This document shows positions 29,989 through 38,711 of a DNA stretch of 64,000 nt, one piece after another. Origin of the DNA: a virus; the IMG/VR virus record IMGVR_UViG_3300035698_022014, positions 11,602 to 75,601 of that record; one strand, written 5' to 3'. How positions within the stretch are numbered: the first letter of the stretch is position 1; each line of letters opens with the position of its first letter. The position numbers and the translations under genes are program-made. The notes below the pieces were generated by a model. The model had not been told where the DNA came from, made no database searches, and saw nothing but the letters and a program-made list of their open reading frames with translations.

Positions 29989-30035
29989 CCTTTCAGATTG
30001 TGTTTTATGTCAGTGGAAAGGAGCGAGGACTGACA
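29989..30035 (-). promoter_or_regulatory. Candidate H-type pseudoknot sequestering the folE Shine-Dalgarno sequence
   Basis: P1 UGUCAGU/ACUGACA; loop CCUUUC complementary to the SD GAAAGG; A-rich linker. Confidence 0.55.
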
Positions 30036-30091
30036 CACTCGGCCAACAGAAAAACCTTACGGTGCAACCTGTTGGAAAGTCTTGTTGCTTT

Positions 30092-30532
30092 CTATTGTTG
30101 TTCCCATGGGAACGTGGCCCACGGTGCATCAGCCTGCAACATCATAGCTGTCACACCACTGTTGAATATGCTGTCTACTTTTGTAACAAGTGATGCATAC
30201 ATGACGTTGTCTGTGCCACCATACGCACTGCTTATTGAGCTAAAAGTATGACCAGTATCATTGATATCATCAACAAATACAACTCTTTTACCTGCTTTTA
30301 TGCTTTCTTTTAGTGTGGAGTTGTGCTCGCACTTCTGCACATCACGTGTTTGCCAGACAATAGTTTGAAGTGGTACCTCAAGATGGTGTGATAGGTAAAG
30401 AGCAGGAAGAAGCCCCCCTCTTGTAATTCCTACAATAATGTCAGGACGATGTGTCTCAACGTGCGTCCTCAGGTGTTTGCACATAACATCAATATCATTG
30501 TAGCTGATATACATTTTAGCGACTATGCTCAT
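30092..30532 (-). CDS. Purine phosphoribosyltransferase (Gpt-like, type I PRT)
   Basis: VGITRGGL.PA, VFVDDINDTGHT, W..FPWE. Confidence 0.9.
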   Translation of the reverse strand: MSIVAKMYISYNDIDVMCKHLRTHVETHRPDIIVGITRGGLLPALYLSHHLEVPLQTIVWQTRDVQKCEHNSTLKESIKAGKRVVFVDDINDTGHTFSSISSAYGGTDNVMYASLVTKVDSIFNSGVTAMMLQADAPWATFPWEQQ

Positions 30533-30559
30533 TTACGTGCTCCTATTGTAAGCGGAATG

Positions 30560-30596
30560 AACGACAGATCTGATTGAACGTAGCAGATCTGTCGTT
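30560..30596. repeat. 13-bp perfect inverted repeat between queE and the PRT gene
   Basis: AACGACAGATCTG / CAGATCTGTCGTT. Confidence 0.75.
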
Positions 30597-30602
30597 TGTG
30601 TG

Positions 30603-31487
30603 TTACGCTAAACTAGCATAGAGGTGGATCTGAAGATTGAGAACGTAACCATGTTCGATGCAGTATTGTGCTGCATATTCATGATTGCGTTGATTTGCAC
30701 TCATGTCCAACAATCCAGGTTCCCAGAAGCTAATCACCTCATCGACTGTAGATCTTTCTCCGATCTCAATTCTGTTTGCTCCACTGTTCCGCAACTCCTT
30801 ACTCTTTATTGGCTCGTCGTTGTATACGTTCATTGGACTGATGTAGATTGGCTTGTTTGTCTTTTTGTGCTATTCTTGTGCCCACTCTGGGATTGAGCTG
30901 TATGGACTGTCCGGATCCGCTTCCATCACGAACTTCAAACAATCTGCATCGATCATGTTGTCTTTGTGTGGTTTGATGTACTTGCCCATCATTCCACCCT
31001 TCTCAATGCACTTTGGACTCATAACCAAAGTCGTTGTTTTCGGAATGCTTGCTTGATGAACGATCCCATTAGACTCGATTTGAGTATTCTTAAATACCTT
31101 ATTCATCCGTTCCAACAGCGGTCCAATATTCTTCTGTAAGAGAGGTTCGCCACCCGTCATTACAAGAACCATTTGCTTTTTAATTCCCAGAACCGGATCA
31201 TGCAAAGTCCAATTAGGACGATTTATTCCTTTGTCTGAATAGAATTTGTCTATTGCTGTTTCTATGTGAGCATCAATCTCATCGAACGTCATCCAATCAC
31301 CATCATCAAAGAACGTGTCACAAAAACTACATGCTAGATTACATTTTGCTAATCTAACAAAGAAAGCTGGTTCACCTCGGAACGGCCCTTCTCCTTGTAA
31401 AGTCATGAACATCGATGTGACGAATAATTTGTGTTCTTCTACGTCCTTAAAATATTTCTGTCCTACTATCTCGTTTTGCCCAAACAT
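30603..31487 (-). pseudogene. queE: 7-carboxy-7-deazaguanine synthase QueE interrupted by one in-frame TAG (30870-30872)
   Basis: TLQGEGP, CNLACSFCDT radical-SAM motif, TGGEP, ESNG, SPK; the same frame continues past TAG to the conserved LNLQIHLY end. Confidence 0.85.
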
Positions 31488-31645
31488 GTATAATTGTCCT
31501 TATTTATTGAGTGTTAAATTTTCATCGATCAGTTGAAACTGTGTGTGGTTCACTTTACGGTGCGCCACGAGAACAGTCATAACATCTTATATTTTGTTTC
31601 TGTTGTACTTTTATCTGAATAGGTTACAATTTTTGTTAGATGTGA

Positions 31646-32233
31646 TTAGGATCCAAGACGCTCAATCGCATCGCGTGGCGCTTCCCAATCCCACCGCGAT
31701 TTGATAGGAAGAGTTTCATGGCCACTGTCAATCTTACTGTTTGCATCTGCAAAGGCTGTTTGTTTATCTACTTCGCACATTGAATCGTTGCGGTTGTGCT
31801 CATATACACGTACGCGCTCTACGTAACAGCGTCCGTCCGTTACCTTATATACGTAATGGTTGACGTGTTCCCAGATAAACAGTGAGCTCATTTCCATAGA
31901 TACGCCGCTTGGCAATACTCGCAACGTGCCAAGTATGCCACCAGGTGCTGTCAGTTCAGACGTGATTTGTCCAAGTCTCGGATCGTCGGCAGGAAGGACT
32001 GTGACATGATCGAAGTAGTATTCGAGGAACTGTTTGACAGGACCAAGTTCGCCAAACGGAACGATCCATCCATGTTGATCAATTTCTCCTGCAAATGTAA
32101 ACTCAACTTCACGATCATATCCGTGAACACTTGCACAGTCGCCAGGTGTCCCGTCAGGATTCTTGTCAAAATATTGTGCATGACCACATGGAAGGTACTT
32201 AAATACCTTCGTCGCCTTAATCTGTATTGCCAT
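31646..32233 (-). CDS. queD: 6-carboxy-tetrahydropterin synthase QueD
   Basis: GHAQ, CASVHGY, FDH, SME, VYEH..N. Confidence 0.88.
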   Translation of the reverse strand: MAIQIKATKVFKYLPCGHAQYFDKNPDGTPGDCASVHGYDREVEFTFAGEIDQHGWIVPFGELGPVKQFLEYYFDHVTVLPADDPRLGQITSELTAPGGILGTLRVLPSGVSMEMSSLFIWEHVNHYVYKVTDGRCYVERVRVYEHNRNDSMCEVDKQTAFADANSKIDSGHETLPIKSRWDWEAPRDAIERLGS

Positions 32234-32240
32234 TGTAATT

Positions 32241-32293
32241 ACTCCTTTGATAGTCGGTCGGAGTGTTTAGAGAGGGTCGATCCGTAGTCCTCT
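32241..32293 (-). promoter_or_regulatory. Candidate preQ1-I-like pseudoknot with anti-SD upstream of queD
   Basis: AGAGG-ACUACGGAUCGAC-CCUCU-CUAAACAC-UCCG, then SD AAAGGAG. Confidence 0.5.
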
Positions 32294-32304
32294 TGTTTGA
32301 TCTA

Positions 32305-32763
32305 TTATACACCAACGCCGTAGTTGACATCAACAAAATTGTCGGAGATAGACGTGCCGTAATATCTATACCAACGAGGTTTAGATTGGATTCGTTCGAC
32401 GACTCTTGCTACATTCACAGCGAGATCTACACTGTTAGGAACCCAATCTTGCCACAGGCCCTCAGCTCGTTGAAACACTGTCCAATCTATCACCCTTTCT
32501 TCTGGTTTCATGTTGTAACCACGTTTACGCAACTCGGCAACGAGGCTATGGTACCTGTTAAAAAGATACAGGCCTTTGTCATAGTGAAAGGTTACGTGTC
32601 CCTTATTTAGCGTATAATTCTTAGGGATTCGTCCTTTGACTAGTCCACTTTTTGAGTCTAATGTGCGTCTCAGAGATGCATTGACCATAGGCAATTCCCT
32701 ATATTCAGCCATTGCATGTTGGTCTGTCAGTTTCGACGGAGGTATCACATTAATTCTTGTCAT
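32305..32763 (-). CDS. denV: Pyrimidine-dimer DNA glycosylase (endonuclease V)
   Basis: MTRINV...L.DQH..AEYRELP, YTL..GHV.F.YDK, KP.WYRYYG. Confidence 0.95.
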   Translation of the reverse strand: MTRINVIPPSKLTDQHAMAEYRELPMVNASLRRTLDSKSGLVKGRIPKNYTLNKGHVTFHYDKGLYLFNRYHSLVAELRKRGYNMKPEERVIDWTVFQRAEGLWQDWVPNSVDLAVNVARVVERIQSKPRWYRYYGTSISDNFVDVNYGVGV

Positions 32764-32764
32764 T

Positions 32765-32950
32765 TTAACAATTCCAAAGGTAAGTAGTGTCCGAATACTG
32801 GGTTTTGAGAACGTCTTCTGACATTCTATCAATCATATTTGCTTCTCCTTGAATATCGCCTTCAAGTTGTACAGTGTCAACGTAATGCTCCATCGCTTTT
32901 TTGATGGTCTCAAGTTGGTTGGTGTCCATCTCAATGATAATTTTACTCAT
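32765..32950 (-). CDS. Hypothetical protein
   Basis: Short acidic ORF, AAGGGG RBS. Confidence 0.5.
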   Translation of the reverse strand: MSKIIIEMDTNQLETIKKAMEHYVDTVQLEGDIQGEANMIDRMSEDVLKTQYSDTTYLWNC

Positions 32951-33008
32951 TGTATGCCCCTTGTTGGTGTTGCTCGTACTAATAGTGTATGTGCAACCTG
33001 GAGCCATG

Positions 33009-34721
33009 TCAAGCGAAAAAGTCTTCCAATGTGTCCACCTTTGTGGCAGACCACCCCAATGAATCGAGAATGTTTTGAATTGGATCTAAGAACACTTTTG
33101 AGAACTGTTTCTCTCTATCAACGTAAATGTCTATTTCCATTTCTGTGGGAGGACTCTCAATGAACGAGATTATATTTTCGCGAAGAGGATTCGGCAGCTT
33201 CAAATACACAAACTTGATCTTGTCTCCTGACTGTATTAGGGGATAACGGTTAACGAGGTCATTATCCACAGTCCACTTGTTTGATAGAAGACAACCACGG
33301 ATGTGAATTGGACAGGCCTTCTTGTATATCGTTCTTGGATCTGCATAGCCATCCACGTCGTTGGTTCCAGAGACCTTGGCTATATGCTGAACAGGCAGAC
33401 TAAAAAACTCCTCCTTGAAGTCTCTTATAAATTCCTGAGTCTCAGATTCACCTTGTGTGACAATAATCTTAAACGCCTCAAAGAACTTCTTTCTACAAAT
33501 TTCAGGCGTAGAGCTTCTTGCTGCATCAATGCCCGTGACAGACACTTTTGGCTCATCATAGTGAACACCCTCGCTGTTAAGGACATTTAAGATGTATCGC
33601 TTCTTTGCAACAAAGATGGCTTTGTCTGCAATCTTTTCACGCTTCATTTTCATTGCGTTACGATATGCGCCCATTCTTTCAGCTAAATCATCATATGCAT
33701 CATCAAGCAACGGTTCAATCTTTTCTTTACATACCTTATCAATAAAAGACTCGCCTTGCTCGCGCGTAACATTGACGGTTCCAAACACCTTTTCTACAAG
33801 CGGACCAAGATTGACATACACGCTGTCTGTATCACAATACACACAATAATCAACGTCTGTTGTTTTGAGCACCTTGTTCACATACAAGTTAATTGCCTGT
33901 GCGGCCCATTTTGTGGATAGCTGTCCTGATGTTGTGATTCCCTCTGCCATGTCACTAATATAGTAGATGAAAAATGCATTGGCTGTACTCCCATAAAGTC
34001 CGTTCATTAGAATCTTGATAGACATTTGACTGTTGTGTAGCTGGGTTATCAGCTTTTTCAATCGTACAATTTCGTCTTTCGTTGTTGCTGTCTCAAGCTC
34101 AGACTCAGCTATAAGCATGTTTACTTTGATCTCTGCACGCTCGTCGTAGTAGCCTTGAATGATCTGAGGAATGATCCCCTCACGTTCTTTGGAGAAGCAC
34201 GCTCCATTTGCTGCTACTGCATATTTGGTTGTGTTTCTGTATTTCCCATCAAGTACAATCTGCTGTGACACATCTTCTTTTACGTTGTGTTGATACGTTT
34301 CTGGTGACATGTTGTATTGCATCATTAAGTGTGGATAGAGGCTGTTAAGGTCAAAGGACACAACCCAATCCTTCATTCCCTTTTGTGGATCCTTTACATA
34401 TCCACCAACGATACTCGTTGCACGTTGCTCAGATGTGGACTTGACGAATGGTACACGTCCTTGATCCATTAGAGCTCTGAATATAGTTGTGTCCCACAGT
34501 CCCACAGTTCCAAACGCCTCGTTAAAATTCACACCACTCTTGTATGCAACAGTAAACGACAGTGCGAGAAGGGCTGCTTGTTCTTCGAACATCTCAACAA
34601 GTCTAGTATCATATAAGTTGTAATCTAATCCAAGCTGATGATATTCGCGATCAGCAAGATCGGAATACTTGCGATGCATTTCAAGCAACTGCTTGTCTGT
34701 TAGGTCTTTCATATCTTCCAT
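33009..34721 (-). CDS. DNA polymerase gp43, C-terminal subunit (ExoIII + palm/fingers/thumb)
   Basis: DYNLYD, SFDLNSLYP, KILMNGLYG, YCDTDS, KKRY, C-terminal TLEDFF clamp-binding motif; GGAGA RBS before ATG 34721. Confidence 0.9.
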   Translation of the reverse strand: MEDMKDLTDKQLLEMHRKYSDLADREYHQLGLDYNLYDTRLVEMFEEQAALLALSFTVAYKSGVNFNEAFGTVGLWDTTIFRALMDQGRVPFVKSTSEQRATSIVGGYVKDPQKGMKDWVVSFDLNSLYPHLMMQYNMSPETYQHNVKEDVSQQIVLDGKYRNTTKYAVAANGACFSKEREGIIPQIIQGYYDERAEIKVNMLIAESELETATTKDEIVRLKKLITQLHNSQMSIKILMNGLYGSTANAFFIYYISDMAEGITTSGQLSTKWAAQAINLYVNKVLKTTDVDYCVYCDTDSVYVNLGPLVEKVFGTVNVTREQGESFIDKVCKEKIEPLLDDAYDDLAERMGAYRNAMKMKREKIADKAIFVAKKRYILNVLNSEGVHYDEPKVSVTGIDAARSSTPEICRKKFFEAFKIIVTQGESETQEFIRDFKEEFFSLPVQHIAKVSGTNDVDGYADPRTIYKKACPIHIRGCLLSNKWTVDNDLVNRYPLIQSGDKIKFVYLKLPNPLRENIISFIESPPTEMEIDIYVDREKQFSKVFLDPIQNILDSLGWSATKVDTLEDFFA

Positions 34722-34818
34722 AGAGTCTCCAAGATTGGTTATTTTTTTGTAGAAGGGGGAACCACAGTACAACGGAACATCAATTCTGACGCTTAACAGA
34801 AATTGTAATAGACGCAAA

Positions 34819-35865
34819 CTAGACAGAAAGTCCTCTACGTTGGATCTCTTCTAGTAAAACATCCCTTCGTTTTACATACGTTTCCCCATCTGTCAGTATA
34901 TCGTCGGGGAGGTCGTGTGATATTTTTACGTCCTTGGCCCCGTCAGAAATGAATCGGTGAGTATCGACTTTGTTTCCGTGTGCCTCATAAGAAAGCTTCT
35001 TTGTCCCCAGCACGACTGCAGCGACGTTGTCGAGCTTATATGACTGCATCGTGCCATATTTGTATCCAAACTTCTTAAACGTATTCATGTAATCAACGAT
35101 ACTGATACCACTAATTACATATGTTTTTTGCATCTTCTTGAACATCTCAAATGACCGTTCACGAACGTGGCCCCATGGTGAGAGTCGTTTGACAGCAGCC
35201 ATTCCGAGTATGTTTTCAATTCTCTTCACAATGTACGCGATGTCAAATAGCTCGACGTTCCATCCTGTGACGACATCTGGATAGTCACTGCACCACAAAT
35301 CGACAAACCTGTTCAGCATGTCGTACTCTGATTCACATTTGTGGTACTTGATTAATGACGGATCGATTCCTGTAACGGTCTTTTCTGGATCGTAGTCTTT
35401 TGTACCGAACATGTAGTAGTTGGATGATTTAGATGATTTAATTGCAACAGACGTAATCTCGTTGTCCGCATTCTCCATATCAGGCTTTTTCTTGCTGATA
35501 TCTACCTCAATATCGAAAGTAAAGATGTTGATCAGCGAAGGATCAAAATCAATTGTACCAGGATACATGTCATATGTGAAAGATGCGACGTAATTGGTAT
35601 TGCCACACATGATCATGTTTTGGACGTCTTTATATCTCTCTACAAATTCTGTTGCGCCCTTCATGCTATCACATTGGATAGACTTCAATGGCTTGTCACC
35701 TATTAACGATACGTGCGATGGCTTTTGATCCCCATTCTGTCGATCCTCTACATAGAATGTAGGCTGATATTTGACCTTCTTGTAGAACCGTTTGCCGTTG
35801 TCATAACCTGTCCATAGTATATCATTTCCATACCGTTCGATCTTTGTATACATCGTGCTGCTCAT
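34819..35865 (-). CDS. DNA polymerase gp43, N-terminal subunit (N domain + ExoI/II)
   Basis: FDIEV, TGWNVELFDI.Y, LSPWG, SYKLDNVA. Confidence 0.9.
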   Translation of the reverse strand: MSSTMYTKIERYGNDILWTGYDNGKRFYKKVKYQPTFYVEDRQNGDQKPSHVSLIGDKPLKSIQCDSMKGATEFVERYKDVQNMIMCGNTNYVASFTYDMYPGTIDFDPSLINIFTFDIEVDISKKKPDMENADNEITSVAIKSSKSSNYYMFGTKDYDPEKTVTGIDPSLIKYHKCESEYDMLNRFVDLWCSDYPDVVTGWNVELFDIAYIVKRIENILGMAAVKRLSPWGHVRERSFEMFKKMQKTYVISGISIVDYMNTFKKFGYKYGTMQSYKLDNVAAVVLGTKKLSYEAHGNKVDTHRFISDGAKDVKISHDLPDDILTDGETYVKRRDVLLEEIQRRGLSV

Positions 35866-35916
35866 TATATATCCTTATGTGCGGATTCTTCATTATACGT
35901 CAAAACGTATGAAAGA

Positions 35917-37647
35917 TCAATTGCCATCATCTGCTGATTCGGCTACTTGTGTGAAATTCTTTACCTTCTCAAACTTGAGATGGCGGTCAAATCGCTCTGT
36001 GAAAGCATCGCCACGATGGGTAATGACAAAGATGTTATCATTTGCGTTCAACCTCTTGAGGATCTCAAGGAGTGAATCGACTCCTTGTGCGTCGCTACCA
36101 CTGTCGAGTATTTCGTCCAGAATTAACAGGTTGGTTGATACACTGTTTCTTAGTTTCGATAATGCTCTCCATGAGAACAACAAGCTCAGGTTAATTCTCA
36201 TCTTTTCGCCTTCTGAAAAGGAGCCGAACGAAAATGTATCACGGAATCTACTTTTTATCACTTCATTGAAATTCTCGTCAAGATTAAAGTCTACAAACAA
36301 CTCGAACCCTGAAAGATACTGGTTGATTAACGTGTTCATTATAGGAATGTAGGTCCTGACAATGCTTGTCTTGATTCCTCCATCCTTTAACATCGTTGCT
36401 ACAACACCAAGAGTCTCTCTTTGTTCGTACAAATCTGTCTGAACACCTTCCAAACCTGTCAAACTTGCTGCATATTCAACAATTCTACTTTGATCGATCT
36501 CCTCAACGTCCCTTTCAGCAGATTGTAGCTCTTCCTTGATGTTGTTTAGTTGACTGATGACCATCTTGACTGACAGACGGCATTCGCTTGCCTTGGTATG
36601 CAATTTCTGAATATCATCTTCTACGACAGATATTTCTTCTAATCGCTGTTCCAGTGTAGTTTTTTTGTTTTGAAGTTGGACAATGCCATTTCCAAGTTCA
36701 ACACCTTTGTTTGTTTTCTCCTCAACAACAGTCCGTTTGAATTCGTGTTCGATCCCCTGCTTGCAGGTAGGACAGTTGTCATGTACAGAGTAAAAGTCAA
36801 TCTCTTTTTCAAACGCCCTTTGCTTTGTGTCAAGGTCGTAAATCAATTCTTTGACTTTTTCGTGTGATGTCTTCTGTTTGGACTTATCACTTATCGTTGT
36901 TCCTAGTTCTGTAATATTCGTCTCATATCCTTCTATCTCAACTTTGTCACGCTCTATTGTAGTCAGATATTCCGAGACTCTCAGTTTGAGCTTATCAACC
37001 TCTGTTAATTTGAGTTTTCGGATCTCTGCATTGTGCTCTTTGGCGGATGTGATTTTCATCTTCAGCAAATCAACAGAGTGGTTGTTGTCTGATATAAGTG
37101 TCTTGTTTGAGGATATGCGATCCTTTAGCAGCGTGTTCATCGTACTAAACACTTGAATATCGAGGAGATCTTCGATTATTTCCCTTCGTTGACCTGTAGG
37201 AAGGTCCATGAACGGGACGTACGTTGCACTTCCCAAGATTACAATTTGCGTAAATGACTTGTAGGTCATTTTGAGAATAGACTGTTCCAAATAATCCTGA
37301 TAGTCTTTTGAGGCTGCATCCTTGTTGAGAAGCACACCATCCTTGAGGACCTCAAATATGTTTGGTTTGATTCCTCTGCGAATTGTGTAGTCACTCGACC
37401 CTATTGAGAATTCAATTTCAACAAGCATGTCCTTTTGATTGACAGAATTGACAAGCTGTGGTTTGTTTATTTTTCTGAAACTACGACCATACAACACAAA
37501 AACAATTGCTTCAATCATCGTTGACTTGCCTGCACCATTACTACCTGACAGCAACGTGGTCTTCACGTCCGTGAAGTTAATCTCAATAAATTGGTTTCCG
37601 ACAGAAAGGATGTTTTTATATCTAATATTCTTAAAGTGAATGTGCAT
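35917..37647 (-). CDS. Recombination ATPase gp46 (Rad50-like)
   Basis: GSNGAGKST, CPTC zinc hook, FSEGEK, LILDE, VITH. Confidence 0.95.
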   Translation of the reverse strand: MHIHFKNIRYKNILSVGNQFIEINFTDVKTTLLSGSNGAGKSTMIEAIVFVLYGRSFRKINKPQLVNSVNQKDMLVEIEFSIGSSDYTIRRGIKPNIFEVLKDGVLLNKDAASKDYQDYLEQSILKMTYKSFTQIVILGSATYVPFMDLPTGQRREIIEDLLDIQVFSTMNTLLKDRISSNKTLISDNNHSVDLLKMKITSAKEHNAEIRKLKLTEVDKLKLRVSEYLTTIERDKVEIEGYETNITELGTTISDKSKQKTSHEKVKELIYDLDTKQRAFEKEIDFYSVHDNCPTCKQGIEHEFKRTVVEEKTNKGVELGNGIVQLQNKKTTLEQRLEEISVVEDDIQKLHTKASECRLSVKMVISQLNNIKEELQSAERDVEEIDQSRIVEYAASLTGLEGVQTDLYEQRETLGVVATMLKDGGIKTSIVRTYIPIMNTLINQYLSGFELFVDFNLDENFNEVIKSRFRDTFSFGSFSEGEKMRINLSLLFSWRALSKLRNSVSTNLLILDEILDSGSDAQGVDSLLEILKRLNANDNIFVITHRGDAFTERFDRHLKFEKVKNFTQVAESADDGN

Positions 37648-38708
37648 TATAGATTCAAAGCCTCCTGATAGAGATCATCGACTACGGTCTTGATCTTTGT
37701 TTTGTTGATTTTTGTGTCAACCAAATCTATGTATGTGTGCATCACATCTTTGGTATCTTTTGCTCCATCCATCACAACATCAACGCCAACATCAGAAAGA
37801 TTTAAGACGTCCTCTACAGCTTTAACATCTGCAGCATTGCTATCATTGAGACGATTCATGAACACATCATACAAGTATGGATTGGTGCGATTCTTTACCA
37901 TTACCTTGACATAACAACCGTCTAGCATTGATAGATCAAGAGATGTAATCTCATCAATTGTCAAATCTGAATCATCATACTCAAGCTTGTGGTGTATTGT
38001 CGACTCATTAGCAACAAATGTCAACTCTCTTGTTTCACAATCAAGTAAGTAGAATCCACGACGTGAGTTATAATCAGACCAACTCATTTCATATTGAGCG
38101 CCGAGATAACGTACATTGCCGTATTGGGAAGGGTGATGAAAATGTCCTGAAAACACAGACTCAAAGTGGCTAAACTTTTTGTGATCGTCACCGTGATCAC
38201 TGACGAACCCTTTCATCATCTCAAAGCCTTTTAGTTCGAAATGACCCATCAAAATGTGAGCTGTTGAATGTTCAATAGCGTTCATCGAGTATGCATAGTT
38301 CTCCTTTACAAGCCATGGACACATCATTATCCGCGTCTGATCAAACTTGAGCTCGACAGGATCCTTCTCATAGACATGAATGTTTTTATACTCTTTTAAC
38401 AGCAAAGACGACGAATTCACATCGTTTGTTGTTGTATATGTAGTATCGTGATTGCCAAGTATTGTGTGCATGGTAATATTCTGATCGCGTAGCACATCGA
38501 AAAAGAATTCCTTGCTACGCTTCAGTGTTCCAAAGCTGATATATTTTCTACGGTCAAACACGTCCCCAAGGTGCAGGACCGTATCCACTCCATGTTTAGC
38601 CAATGTTGGAAAAAACGTATCTGTGAAGAATTTAGATTGGTGATCAAGGAAGATCTTCGAATCGTTTCTCACGCCAAAATGTGTATCGTTAAGTAGCGCT
38701 ACCTTCAT
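37647..38708 (-). CDS. Recombination nuclease gp47 (Mre11-like)
   Basis: DTHFG, LGD.FDRR, GNHD, SGHFH. Confidence 0.95.
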   Translation of the reverse strand: MKVALLNDTHFGVRNDSKIFLDHQSKFFTDTFFPTLAKHGVDTVLHLGDVFDRRKYISFGTLKRSKEFFFDVLRDQNITMHTILGNHDTTYTTTNDVNSSSLLLKEYKNIHVYEKDPVELKFDQTRIMMCPWLVKENYAYSMNAIEHSTAHILMGHFELKGFEMMKGFVSDHGDDHKKFSHFESVFSGHFHHPSQYGNVRYLGAQYEMSWSDYNSRRGFYLLDCETRELTFVANESTIHHKLEYDDSDLTIDEITSLDLSMLDGCYVKVMVKNRTNPYLYDVFMNRLNDSNAADVKAVEDVLNLSDVGVDVVMDGAKDTKDVMHTYIDLVDTKINKTKIKTVVDDLYQEALNL

Positions 38709-38711
38709 ACA

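Noticed and set aside
30870-30872. Genome-wide TAG reassignment as the explanation for the queE amber codon
   Set aside because: TAG ends conserved genes at their expected positions (gp2, folE, PRT), coding density is high under the standard code, and no CUA tRNA is visible in the window
34722-34980. Split intein or group I intron at the gp43 break
   Set aside because: No Cys/Ser-initiated intein block or His-Asn end, and no recognisable group I core in the short spacer
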